Notes under the pieces: model-generated
Databases searched by the model: none
What the model was told of the DNA's origin: nothing
What the model saw: only the letters and a program-made list of their open reading frames with translations
NCBI GenBank assembly: GCA_052390035.1
Contig: JBQTHI010000007.1
Location: 8,430 to 72,429 of the forward strand
From: Actinomycetota bacterium
GTDB taxonomy: Bacteria > Actinomycetota > Acidimicrobiia > Spongiisociales > ZC4RG35
Direction of reading: 5' to 3'
DNA: 64,000 nt
Part shown: piece after piece, positions 28,408 through 39,375 of the stretch
How positions within the stretch are numbered: position 1 is the first letter of the stretch
Layout of the letters: the number at the start of each line of letters is the position of its first letter
Program-made: the position numbers and the translations under genes

Positions 28408-29649
28408 TCACTTGACCCGCCTGCCGCCCTGCCAGACATGGGTCACCCTGTTGGCGTCACCCCAGACCGACAGGTCGTTCAATGGACTGGAGTCGAATGC
28501 AATCGCGTCGGCGTCGTATCCATCGGCCAGCAGTCCGGAACGGGGAGCTTGAGGGCCGAGCGTCTCCGGACCATGAACCGTGGCGGCTTCGATCGCCAGC
28601 AGTGGTGTCAGGCCGGCGTCGATGAGATGGCGCACCTCGCGGGTCGCCTGCCCGTAGCGATGCCCATGTATGGGCCCACTGGCGAATATGTCGGTCCCCA
28701 TGGCCATCTTCACTCCAGCGGCTACCGCGATTTTCATCGCCTGGGCGTGTTGGTCGGCGAGGCCGGTGATCTTCTTGTAGGCGTAGGCCGGGATATGCTC
28801 TTCGAGGCCGAGCAACTCCTCGACGATGAACCGGGTGGAGACCAGGAGGGCCCCGGTGTCGAGCATCAGATCGGCAGCCTCCTCATCGAGGTAGCTGCCG
28901 TGCTCAATGGTCTTCACCCCGGCGCGCAACGCCGCCATGATCCCCGGTTTGCCGTGACAGTGGGCAGCCACCACCCGATCTGCCCGGGCCGCTTCATCAA
29001 CGATCGCTTTCAGCTCTTCGTCGGAGAACTGCTGATGGATGGGGTGATCAACTTCGGACATCACCCCGCCGGACGCACAGATCTTGATGACTCTCGCCCC
29101 CAGTCGAAGCTGCTCGCGGACCGCCTTGACACACTCGGAAGGACCGTCAGCCAGCCGGCCGACGATACGTCCGCGTCCGGACGTCCCTTCGTAGACATCG
29201 AGCGGTATCGAGTGGATGTCGGCATGGCCTCCGGTGGTGGACAACACCGCCCCCGCTCCATAAATGGAGGGGCCGCGGATGCTGCCCTCGGATACAACCG
29301 CCGCCAGCTCCACACCGTATCCCCCTACCTCTCGGACCGACGTGATGCCGGCATCTAGGTAGCGACCGAGGTCCACGGTCGCCCGGGCGCCTGCCGCCGC
29401 CGGCGGGATGAAGGCTGTTCCTTCCAGATTCCAGGCGGGCGAGCCGAACAAGTGAGCGTGACAATCCCAGATGCCCGGCATCAGGGCGGGGACCTCGAAG
29501 ACATCGGCGCCAGGAGTCGTCGGGGCCGATCGGGCCGGTCCGGCGTAGGTGATGATCGCCCCCTCAGCGATCATCACCCCGTTTTCGACCGGCTCCCCTC
29601 TCCCGGTGATCAATAAGTTGGTCTGGATACGGACGGTCACGCCCGCCAC
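28408..29649 (-). CDS. Amidohydrolase-family metal-dependent hydrolase
   Basis: HxH metal site (DCHAHL), conserved His/Asp ligands (HCHG, GTD) of the amidohydrolase superfamily; 413 aa. Confidence 0.8.
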   Translation of the reverse strand: MAGVTVRIQTNLLITGRGEPVENGVMIAEGAIITYAGPARSAPTTPGADVFEVPALMPGIWDCHAHLFGSPAWNLEGTAFIPPAAAGARATVDLGRYLDAGITSVREVGGYGVELAAVVSEGSIRGPSIYGAGAVLSTTGGHADIHSIPLDVYEGTSGRGRIVGRLADGPSECVKAVREQLRLGARVIKICASGGVMSEVDHPIHQQFSDEELKAIVDEAARADRVVAAHCHGKPGIMAALRAGVKTIEHGSYLDEEAADLMLDTGALLVSTRFIVEELLGLEEHIPAYAYKKITGLADQHAQAMKIAVAAGVKMAMGTDIFASGPIHGHRYGQATREVRHLIDAGLTPLLAIEAATVHGPETLGPQAPRSGLLADGYDADAIAFDSSPLNDLSVWGDANRVTHVWQGGRRVK

Positions 29650-29657
29650 CCTAGTTT

Positions 29658-31973
29658 TCAGGCGGCCTTGACTGCGGCTGGCTCCGGTGCCATCTCGGCC
29701 TTTTTGCCCCGCTTGGCATAGAGAATCGCTGCGCCCAAGACGATCAAGCCGACTACTGCGATACCGATTCGCACACCGCCGGCGTCGCGGAAACGAATCA
29801 CCGCCGGCAGGATGAGCAGCGAGATGAGGTTCATCACCTTGATCAGCGGGTTGAGAGCCGGACCGGCGGTGTCTTTAAACGGATCACCCACAGTGTCGCC
29901 GATGACCGCCGCCTTGTGGGGCTCAGAGCCTTTACCCCCATGGTGGCCCTCTTCGATGTATTTCTTGGCGTTGTCCCAGGCGCCTCCCGAGTTGGAAAGG
30001 AAGTTGGCCATCAGTTGGCCGGTGAGGATGACCGCCGCCAGAAACCCTCCGAGGGCGAGGTGGCCGAATCCGAATCCGACGATCACCGGGGTGAGGACGG
30101 CCAGCAAGGCAGGGGTAGCGAGCTCCCGAAGCGAAGCAGCGGTGCAAATGTCGATGACGGGGCCGTAGTCGGGACGTTTTTCGCCACGCATTATCTTTCC
30201 GTCGGCGAACTGGCGGCGCACCTCTTCCACCACCACCCCGGCGGTGCGACCCACCGCCCGGATGGCCAGCGCTGAGAACATGAAGGCGACGGAGCCACCT
30301 ATCAGGAGCCCGATAAAGGTGAGGGGATCGGCCACGTTGATGGCGGTTAGCGGATCCCGAAAGAGGTCCGACCCGGCCAAGTCGAGACCCAGTTCGGCTG
30401 CGATGGTTTCGATGAACGAGGCGAACAGGGCGACGGCGGCGATGACCGCCGATCCGATGGCAAATCCTTTGGTGACTGCCTTCGTGGTATTTCCGACCGC
30501 GTCCAGGCTCACCATGATCTTTTGGGCATCCCCGTGGAACTCACCCGACATCTCGGCGATCCCGGCGGCGTTGTCGGCCACCGGCCCGTAAGTGTCTTCC
30601 GAGACGACGACTCCGGTCGTGGCCAGCATCCCCATCCCACACAGTGCCACCAGATATAGGGCGAACTGGAGGTTGCCTCCGCCCAAGAGCACTGCCACCC
30701 CGATGGCGCCGGCGATGGCGACGATTGCCCAGACCGACGACTCCAGCCCGACGGAGACTCCTGACAGGACGGTGGTGGCAGGTCCGGTCCGGGTGCTGTC
30801 TGCTATCTCCTGCACCGGTCGGGTCTCGGTGGAGGTGAAGTATTCGGTGAGACGGGAAACGACCTGGGCGAGGATGAGACCGGTCACCACTGCGGCGAAA
30901 ACCTTCCAACCCTCGTTTCCGTTGTTGTTGCCGACATACAACATCGAGACCAGAAACGTCCCAATCACGGTGAGTATCCCGGCGGTGAGAAAGCCCCGGT
31001 TGATGGGTGCCATGGCGGTGCGGTCGTGTTGTGGGGCCCGCACCAAGAATACCCCGGCGATCGAGGCGACCACGCCAATCGCCCGAGCGATCAGCGGGAA
31101 GACGAGACCCAGTGCGGGGTTGGCCCCGATCGAGGAGAAGGCCGCCACTCCCAGGATGATGGAGGCGACCAGGGTGACCTCGTAGCTTTCGAAGAGGTCG
31201 GAGGCCATCCCCGCACAGTCGCCCACATTGTCCCCGACATTGTCGGCGATGGTTGCCGGATTGCGGGCGTCGTCTTCGGGAATTCCCTGCTCGACTTTGC
31301 CGACCAGGTCGGCGCCCACGTCGGCAGCCTTGGTGAAAATGCCGCCCCCGACCCGGAGGAACAGAGCCAGCAGTGACCCGCCGAACCCGAATCCGATCAG
31401 GATGGCCGACGAGGTGTTCTGGAAGATCATGATGATGACGGTGGCGCCGAGCAGTCCGAGGCCGACGGTGAACATCCCCGCCACTCCGCCGGTGCGGAAA
31501 GCGACCTTGAGCGCCGCCGGGAGGGATCCGGACTTGGCGGCGGCGGCGGTGCGCACGTTGCCCCTCACCGCCAGGCTCATGCCGATAAAGCCGGTCAGAC
31601 CCGACATCAAACACCCGACAACAAAGGCCAGCGTACGGAACGTCCCTGAGGCGGCAAACGACAGCGCCTCCGACCCATCGGGCCTGATGACGGCGGTGGA
31701 GGATAAGAAAACCACCACCACCAGCGGAATCAGGATGAGGAGAATGGTGCGGAACTGGCGTCGGAGGTAGGCCATCGCCCCTTCCTGGATGGCAGCGGCG
31801 ATCTCCCGCATCTTGGGAGTGCCTTGGTCGGCCCTGATGACACCTCGGGACAGCAGGAAGCCGACCAGGATCGCAGTCAGTGCGGTGAGGGCTGAAATGA
31901 CGAGCCACACCCATTCGGCATTGCCGAGGACGAACTGCTGATAGCCACCCTCGGCGGCCAGGACGTTGCTCAT
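29658..31973 (-). CDS. hppA: Membrane-bound proton/sodium-translocating pyrophosphatase
   Basis: 771 aa, ~16 TM; signature segments GGIFTKAADVGADLVGKVE and DNVGDNVGDCAGMASDLFESY. Confidence 0.92.
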   Translation of the reverse strand: MSNVLAAEGGYQQFVLGNAEWVWLVISALTALTAILVGFLLSRGVIRADQGTPKMREIAAAIQEGAMAYLRRQFRTILLILIPLVVVVFLSSTAVIRPDGSEALSFAASGTFRTLAFVVGCLMSGLTGFIGMSLAVRGNVRTAAAAKSGSLPAALKVAFRTGGVAGMFTVGLGLLGATVIIMIFQNTSSAILIGFGFGGSLLALFLRVGGGIFTKAADVGADLVGKVEQGIPEDDARNPATIADNVGDNVGDCAGMASDLFESYEVTLVASIILGVAAFSSIGANPALGLVFPLIARAIGVVASIAGVFLVRAPQHDRTAMAPINRGFLTAGILTVIGTFLVSMLYVGNNNGNEGWKVFAAVVTGLILAQVVSRLTEYFTSTETRPVQEIADSTRTGPATTVLSGVSVGLESSVWAIVAIAGAIGVAVLLGGGNLQFALYLVALCGMGMLATTGVVVSEDTYGPVADNAAGIAEMSGEFHGDAQKIMVSLDAVGNTTKAVTKGFAIGSAVIAAVALFASFIETIAAELGLDLAGSDLFRDPLTAINVADPLTFIGLLIGGSVAFMFSALAIRAVGRTAGVVVEEVRRQFADGKIMRGEKRPDYGPVIDICTAASLRELATPALLAVLTPVIVGFGFGHLALGGFLAAVILTGQLMANFLSNSGGAWDNAKKYIEEGHHGGKGSEPHKAAVIGDTVGDPFKDTAGPALNPLIKVMNLISLLILPAVIRFRDAGGVRIGIAVVGLIVLGAAILYAKRGKKAEMAPEPAAVKAA

Positions 31974-32011
31974 GACGGAATGATCCTCCTTGGGGTCAGA
32001 CGGTGTGGTCC

Positions 32012-32038
32012 AAGAAAAGCGGCACTCGTTGGTGCCGC
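32012..32038 (-). terminator. Putative intrinsic terminator downstream of the 32106..32882 gene
   Basis: On the minus-strand transcript: GCGGCAC-caacga-GUGCCGC stem-loop followed by UUUUCUU, ~70 nt after the stop codon. Confidence 0.4.
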
Positions 32039-32105
32039 CTCAGAACCTCAACCTCTCAGACCGGAATTCGGGCCACCGTAGGTTAACAACCCGGGTGGAA
32101 GAACC

Positions 32106-32882
32106 CTATTCGGCCCGGTTGAGGGTCTCCACCATCAACAACAGGGCCGCCAAAACCGTGCCTGCTCCGCCGAGCACCACCCCGTCCGATATCCAGGAGA
32201 AGCCGGGGTTGTTGAGCGCGAACAAAGAGCCGGCAAGAGCAAGGATCCCAAGTCCCACTCCCGCCCACACCAGCAGACGGCCATGTCGCATTCTGGTCAG
32301 CACCGCGAAACCACCCAGACCGAGGGACAAGGCGCCGATGATCCAAACGGGCCAGATCGGCATCAGACCGAAAATTCGAACCGGAGAAGCGTTGCCGACG
32401 GCAACAATCCCTCCCACCAGCATGGCGCCGGCGGCGGTCAACATCCCCAGGGCGATAGGTGCACGGCTCTCCTCGAGGATTGCAACCGGCTTGGTAGGCG
32501 GGATCGGGCGAAGAATCGGTGCGTCCGGGGTCAGCTGACCGTCGACGTCGACACCCTGGTCGCGAGCATTGGCGAGCAACCGGTTCAGGCGGGGAGAGCT
32601 TGATGAACGGATGCCGAGCGCCAACGCGAACCGGGCATCATCGTTGGTGGAGAGAATTAGCTCTTCGCCCTCGACTTTGATGTGGAATCCGTCAAGTCGG
32701 GCGGATACCCCCACATCGGAAAGCGGCCATTGACCAAGCTCACCGTACTGGGACATCAGCCTCAACACCTCATGGTCGAGGTGGATCTCGACCCTGATTC
32801 CGGTATCTGTTTCGCCCGCCATCCGGACCGTTCCGGTGAGGTCGGTGTTCACGGCGCCCAACGTTTCCTTCCCGCCGCCCAC
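32106..32882 (-). CDS. Hypothetical membrane protein (soluble N-terminal domain plus four TM helices)
   Basis: ORF with coding-like composition; N-terminal ~130 aa hydrophilic, C-terminal hydrophobic helices. Alternative start at MAGETDTG (32822). Confidence 0.45.
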   Translation of the reverse strand: MGGGKETLGAVNTDLTGTVRMAGETDTGIRVEIHLDHEVLRLMSQYGELGQWPLSDVGVSARLDGFHIKVEGEELILSTNDDARFALALGIRSSSSPRLNRLLANARDQGVDVDGQLTPDAPILRPIPPTKPVAILEESRAPIALGMLTAAGAMLVGGIVAVGNASPVRIFGLMPIWPVWIIGALSLGLGGFAVLTRMRHGRLLVWAGVGLGILALAGSLFALNNPGFSWISDGVVLGGAGTVLAALLLMVETLNRAE

Positions 32883-32980
32883 ACCCGCCGCCCTGCAGTC
32901 ATGTTAGGGCCTGGCGGCGAATCCCCAAGACTCAGTTTGCCGGCTTTCGTCTACCCTCTCCACCCCTCCGGAAGTTTCAA

Positions 32981-34651
<1,671 letters not shown>

Positions 34652-34663
34652 AGCCCTCCCCTA

Positions 34664-37126
34664 TCAGCCCTTGCGCATATCCTCGAAGACGTCTTCGAAC
34701 GACACCGCCGCCCGGCGGCGATCCCCACTGGCTGACTCCCCACTGGCTGATTCGCCCCTGGCCGAATCACCGGTGGCCGACTCGCTCGCCTCCGATCCAC
34801 TCGCTCGCCCCGGACGGTTGCGATCGCGCGGACGTTCACGGTCCCTAGCTTGATCGCGACCCCTCTCGCGATCGCCACCTCGATCGCGATCGCGGGGGCC
34901 GCGGCCCCGGTCGCGATACCCACGATCCGATGCGTCACCACCGTCGCCCCCATCGCCCGTCGACCCTTCTTTGGGCACGCCCTCTAGGGGCCGGGCCAGT
35001 TTCAACGCCAGCTTGCCGTTCCGGTCGATCTCCTCGAGCACCACTGCCACCTTCTGGCCGAGGTCGAGGTAGTCCTCCACCCGGTTGACCCTGCGGGTGT
35101 CGTCGAGTTTGGAGATGTGGAGCAGCCCGTCCCGACCGGGGAGGATGTTGACGAACGCCCCGAACTTGGTGATGTTGACAACTTCGCCGTCGTATTCTTT
35201 GCCCAGTTCGGCTTCCGGCGGGAAAACAATGGCCGTAACCCGCTCCTTGGCTGCCTCGAGGGCTTGGCGGTCGGTGGATGCGATGCGGACGATCCCGTAT
35301 CCAGCCTCTTCGTCGATCTCGATGGTGGCGCCGGTCTTCTCCTCGAGCTCCCGGACCACCTTGCCCTTGGGGCCGATCACCTCTCCGATCTTGTCCTTGG
35401 GGATCTGGATCGTCTCGATTCGCGGTGCCCACCTGTTGAGCTCCTGGCGTGGCCCGGAAATCACCTTGTTCATCTCGTCGAGGATGTAAAGGCGTGCCTC
35501 ACGTGCCTGTTCGAGCGCCTGCGCCAGCACCTCTGATGGCAGACCCTGAAGCTTGGTGTCGAGTTGAAGAGCGGTTATCGCCCGGGCGGTGCCGGCAACT
35601 TTGAAGTCCATGTCGCCGAGGGCATCTTCGGTTCCCAGGATGTCGGTGAGGGTTATGTATTTGCCGTCCCGCTCGATCAGACCCATGGCGATGCCCGCCA
35701 CAGGATCGGAAATCGGAACGCCGGCATCCATCAGCGACAGGGACGAGGCACACACCGCAGCCATCGACGTCGATCCGTTCGAGGAGATCACCTCTGACAC
35801 CAGCCGGAGCGCGTATGGAAACTCCTCCGCGGTGGGAATGGCCGGCAGTAAGGCCTTCTCGGCAAGCGCCCCGTGCCCAATCTCCCGTCGCCGTGGACCG
35901 CGCATCGGGCCGGCCTCGCCACTGGCAAACGGAGGCATGTTGTAGTGGTGCATGTACCTCTTGGCTTCCTCGATACCGAGGTTGTCGAGCATCTGCTCCA
36001 TCTTGAGCATGCCGAGAGTGGCGACGTTGAGCACCTGGGTTTCACCACGCTGGAAGAGCCCGGAGCCGTGCGCCCGGGAGATCAGCCCGACCTCGATCGA
36101 CAGCGGGCGAAGGTCCGCAGGCCCACGACCGTCGAGGCGAACGCCGTCCTCGGCCACCCGCCGTCGCATCATGTCCTTGAGCACCGACTTGAACGCCCGT
36201 TGGAAGGACTCCTGATCCTCGTCGCCGATTACCAGCTCGTTGGCCACGGCCTGGCGGAGGGCGGTCTCGGCCTCGTTCCGCTCGGTTTTGCCGGCGGTGC
36301 GAATCACCTCGTCCAACCTCGATCCGGCGGCGGCCAACACCCGGGAATAAAGTTCTGGGGAATAGTCGGTGACTGCGGGCCATGCCGCCTCCTTCTCGCC
36401 GACCTGTTGCCTCAACTCCAGCTGGAGATCGATCGACTCGCCGATCGCCACCTTCACTTGCTCGAGGCCGGCGGCGATGGTCGACTCGTCAGAAGCCGGA
36501 TCGCCCGCCGCGATCAGACGCAGGCCATCCGGGGTGGAACCGGCCTCAACCATGATGATGTCGATACCGCCGTGCCGGTTGCGACGACCCGCCACGACCA
36601 GCTCGAAGACCGACTCGTCGAGTTCCTCGTGGGTCGGAAAGGCGACCCATTCGCCCTTCTTGAGGGCAAGCCGGACTCCGCCGATAGGGCCTTCGAACGG
36701 GATACCGCTGATCATCAAGGCAGCCGAGGCCCCATTGAGCGCAACTACATCGAAGGGGTTGTCTCCGTCGACCGAAAGGGTCGTCACCACCACATGGGTT
36801 TCACATCGGAAGTCCTCACGGAAAGACGGGCGGAGCGGACGGTCGATGAGCCGGGCAGCCAAGGTGGCGGCCTCGGTGGGTCGGCCCTCCCGACGGAAGA
36901 ACGATCCGGGGATCCGGCCGACGGCGTACATCCGCTCTTCAAAGTCGACCGTGAGCGGGAAGAAGTCGATACCCTCACGCACAGTCTTGTTAGCGGTGGC
37001 GGTGACCAGCATCTCGGTCTCGCCAAGCCGGGCGAGCACCGCCCCATCGGCCTGGCCTGCCAGCTTGCCGGTGGAAAAGGACAACGTTTTGCCGGCCACC
37101 TGGCCAGCAACAGTGATTTCGGGCAC
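34664..37126 (-). CDS. pnp: Polyribonucleotide nucleotidyltransferase (PNPase) with ~90-aa Arg/Asp-rich and ESASG-repeat C-terminal tail
   Basis: Two RNase PH domains, KH and S1 domains; 820 aa versus ~740-750 typical. Tail: DRGYRDRGRGPRDRDRGGDRERGRDQARDRERPRDRNRPGRASGSEASESATGDSARGESASGESASGD. Confidence 0.92.
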   Translation of the reverse strand: MPEITVAGQVAGKTLSFSTGKLAGQADGAVLARLGETEMLVTATANKTVREGIDFFPLTVDFEERMYAVGRIPGSFFRREGRPTEAATLAARLIDRPLRPSFREDFRCETHVVVTTLSVDGDNPFDVVALNGASAALMISGIPFEGPIGGVRLALKKGEWVAFPTHEELDESVFELVVAGRRNRHGGIDIIMVEAGSTPDGLRLIAAGDPASDESTIAAGLEQVKVAIGESIDLQLELRQQVGEKEAAWPAVTDYSPELYSRVLAAAGSRLDEVIRTAGKTERNEAETALRQAVANELVIGDEDQESFQRAFKSVLKDMMRRRVAEDGVRLDGRGPADLRPLSIEVGLISRAHGSGLFQRGETQVLNVATLGMLKMEQMLDNLGIEEAKRYMHHYNMPPFASGEAGPMRGPRRREIGHGALAEKALLPAIPTAEEFPYALRLVSEVISSNGSTSMAAVCASSLSLMDAGVPISDPVAGIAMGLIERDGKYITLTDILGTEDALGDMDFKVAGTARAITALQLDTKLQGLPSEVLAQALEQAREARLYILDEMNKVISGPRQELNRWAPRIETIQIPKDKIGEVIGPKGKVVRELEEKTGATIEIDEEAGYGIVRIASTDRQALEAAKERVTAIVFPPEAELGKEYDGEVVNITKFGAFVNILPGRDGLLHISKLDDTRRVNRVEDYLDLGQKVAVVLEEIDRNGKLALKLARPLEGVPKEGSTGDGGDGGDASDRGYRDRGRGPRDRDRGGDRERGRDQARDRERPRDRNRPGRASGSEASESATGDSARGESASGESASGDRRRAAVSFEDVFEDMRKG
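34735..34810. repeat. ~5 imperfect 15-bp tandem repeats (ccactggctgactcc-like) inside the pnp 3' end, encoding (G/S)ESAS pentapeptide repeats
   Basis: Direct reading: ccactggctgactcc / ccactggctgattcg / cccctggccgaatca / ccggtggccgactcg / ctcgcctccgatcca. Confidence 0.6.
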
Positions 37127-37163
37127 GAAGTGCTCCTTCTAGTCATGGAGCAGACCCGTTACC

Positions 37164-37200
37164 AGTTGTCATCGCTCAACCTCGCCGAGCGATGACAACT
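37164..37200 (-). promoter_or_regulatory. Perfect 14-bp-stem hairpin in the rpsO-pnp intergenic region (candidate rpsO terminator/attenuator and pnp leader processing site)
   Basis: AGTTGTCATCGCTC-aacctcgcc-GAGCGATGACAACT; a second 6-bp-stem hairpin at 37203-37228. The position is analogous to the RNase III-processed pnp leader of other bacteria. Confidence 0.45.
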
Positions 37201-37244
37201 AGCAACCGGCCTTGCTCGTCATCGGTTGTTAACTTGTTCCCGGT

Positions 37245-37502
37245 CTAGCGACGCAACCCGAGCTGGCCCACCAGTTTCCGGTACTGCTCGACATCCTGGT
37301 TGCGCAGGTAATCGAGAAGACGCCGGCGTTTTCCGACCAGCATCAGTAGACCCCGCCGACCGTGATGGTCACCCTTGTGGAGCCGAAGATGCTCGGTGAG
37401 ATGGTTGATCCGCTCGGTCAGCAAAGCCACCTGGACTTCCGGCGAACCGGTGTCGGTTTCGTGATGGCCGTGCTCTGCGATGATCTCTGGTTTGCTCTTC
37501 AT
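37245..37502 (-). CDS. rpsO: 30S ribosomal protein S15
   Basis: 85 aa; [48 protein letters not shown] is the S15 signature. Confidence 0.92.
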   Translation of the reverse strand: MKSKPEIIAEHGHHETDTGSPEVQVALLTERINHLTEHLRLHKGDHHGRRGLLMLVGKRRRLLDYLRNQDVEQYRKLVGQLGLRR

Positions 37503-37575
37503 GACGCGATGAACCTGGTCGGATGCCGGGAACGGGCGGATTCTAGCACCTGCCAGGCCACCTCAAAGTCGACCG

Positions 37576-38511
37576 TCAGTCCAACAGGTTGGGAGCCAGG
37601 ATTGCCCGGGCCTTTACGATGTCGGCCTCGATCTGAGTCACCAGGCTGCCCACAGTGTCGAAACGCTGCTCGCCTCGCAGCCGCTTGAGGAGTTCGGTCA
37701 CCACCTGATGGTCATAGAGGTCGCCGGCAAAGTCCAACAGGTGCGTCTCGACAGTGCGTGCCTCACCATTGAAGGTGGGGCGGGTGCCGATATTGACCAC
37801 GGCCTTGAGGAACTCCCCTTGGACGACGGCGCGGGCGGCGTATACGCCGTTGGCTGGGATCAGGCGCTCGGCCGGGATTCTCAGGTTGGCGGTCGGAAAA
37901 CCGATCGTCTTCCCCCGACCATCACCTTTCACCACGATACCCTCGAGTTGATAGGGCCGATCGAGCAGAACACTCGCTTCCTCAACCTGTCCGGCCAAAA
38001 GCAATTGACGTACCCGGGTAGCCGAGATCACTCCATTTTCGTCGGCGAGCATCTCCACCACCGATACCGAAAAGCCGAGCCGGTTACCGGCTCCGATCAG
38101 GCTGGAGGCCTCGCCGGTACGGTTCTTGCCGAAGCGAAAATCGGCGCCGATCACGACCCTCCGGGCGGAAAGCCCGGCCATCAGAACCCGCTCGGCGAAT
38201 TCGTCCGGACTCAGTTCCCGCACATCGGGAAAGTGGAGCACACCAACGATCTCAATCCCGAGCGATCGGAACTGGTCGAGGCGCTGGCTGATCCCGGTCA
38301 ACATCTCGGGAGCCTTTTGGGGGTCGAGAAAAGTCATCGGATGAGGATCGAAGGTGACAATGGCCGGGGAGAGCTCGTCTATGCGCGCCTGCTTGACGAG
38401 ATCGGTGATGACCTGCCTGTGTCCCCGGTGAACACCGTCGAAAACCCCGATCGTCAGGGCCGTGGGCGTTCCCACCTCCCAATCGAATGGATGGCCGTCC
38501 AAAATGATCAT
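37576..38511 (-). CDS. ribF: Bifunctional riboflavin kinase / FAD synthetase
   Basis: N-terminal FAD-synthetase GVFDGVHRGH motif; C-terminal riboflavin kinase (GFPTAN, PTFNGE). Start at the internal Met MIILDG..., 10 nt from the truB stop. Confidence 0.88.
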   Translation of the reverse strand: MIILDGHPFDWEVGTPTALTIGVFDGVHRGHRQVITDLVKQARIDELSPAIVTFDPHPMTFLDPQKAPEMLTGISQRLDQFRSLGIEIVGVLHFPDVRELSPDEFAERVLMAGLSARRVVIGADFRFGKNRTGEASSLIGAGNRLGFSVSVVEMLADENGVISATRVRQLLLAGQVEEASVLLDRPYQLEGIVVKGDGRGKTIGFPTANLRIPAERLIPANGVYAARAVVQGEFLKAVVNIGTRPTFNGEARTVETHLLDFAGDLYDHQVVTELLKRLRGEQRFDTVGSLVTQIEADIVKARAILAPNLLD

Positions 38512-38521
38512 GCGAGTTCGG

Positions 38522-39375
38522 TCACGCCAGCACGACCTCAGCCTGGGCGGCTCCATCCTCCACCCGGTACACGGCAAGCAACCCCTCATGGTCGTCCACC
38601 AGGGCGACCATCCCGTTCCGGGCTGCGAGGGCAATCTGGCGACCCGCAGCTACCGCCGCCGCATGAAGGCGGTCAACCTGTACCCGGTCGAGATGCGCCA
38701 CCGCCGCCAGAGGCGGCAGCAAGACCTCGGTCCAGCGGTCGATCTCTGCGAGTCCAATCGCCTGGGTGAGATCGAAGGAGCCCACCGCCGTCCTGGTAAG
38801 CCTCATCAAGTGGGCCCGTCCCCCCAAAGCCCGACCGATGTCGTCGGCCAGCACCCTGATGTAAGTGCCCTTGGAGCACAGGACGTCCACCGTTGCCTGG
38901 GGGAATGCTCCGGGCACGAAGTCGACTAAATCGAGTTCGAATATCTCGACCTGGCGAGCAGGTCTTTCCGCATGTTCACCCGCTCGGGCGAGTTGGTGCA
39001 ATCGTCTACCTCCGATCTTCAGGGCGGAGAACATCGGTGGCACCTGGTCGATCGAGCCCCGGAATCCGGCCATCACGGACTCCAGTTCATCACGGTCGAA
39101 CGGCATCGGATGCTCGGAGAGGATCGTTCCTTGCGCATCGAGGGTGTCGGTTGCCACTCCAAAATGGATGCCGGCGCGATACCGCTTCTCAGTGCTCTCG
39201 ACAAATCGGAGCAGCCGGGTGGCCCGTCCGACGCCGATGACCAATACGCCCGTTGCCATCGGGTCAAGGGTGCCGGAATGCCCCACCTTCATGCCGGTCG
39301 CCCGCCGCACCACCGTCACCACATCGTGTGAGGTTGGGCCGGAGGGTTTGTCGATGATCAGTAGCCCGTCGGTCA
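38522..39375 (-). CDS. truB: tRNA pseudouridine(55) synthase TruB
   Basis: GTG start gives MTDGLLIIDKPSGPTSHDVV... with catalytic Asp motif GHSGTLDP. The 5' 280 codons of the 583-aa track ORF are a GC shadow over nrnA and were rejected. Confidence 0.88.

Noticed and set aside
30541-31914. 457-aa ORF on the minus strand inside hppA (and similar long Arg/Gly/Pro-rich ORFs such as 5753..6328 -, 5899..6537 +, 24108..24869 -, 35873..37195 +, 37708..38769 +, 41868..43469 +, 53568..54836 +, 55110..56069 +, 59368..60273 +, 60083..61090 +)
   Set aside because: High-GC shadow frames overlapping well-supported genes. The translations are low-complexity (R/G/P/A-rich) with no motifs, while the overlapping frame has clear family signatures.
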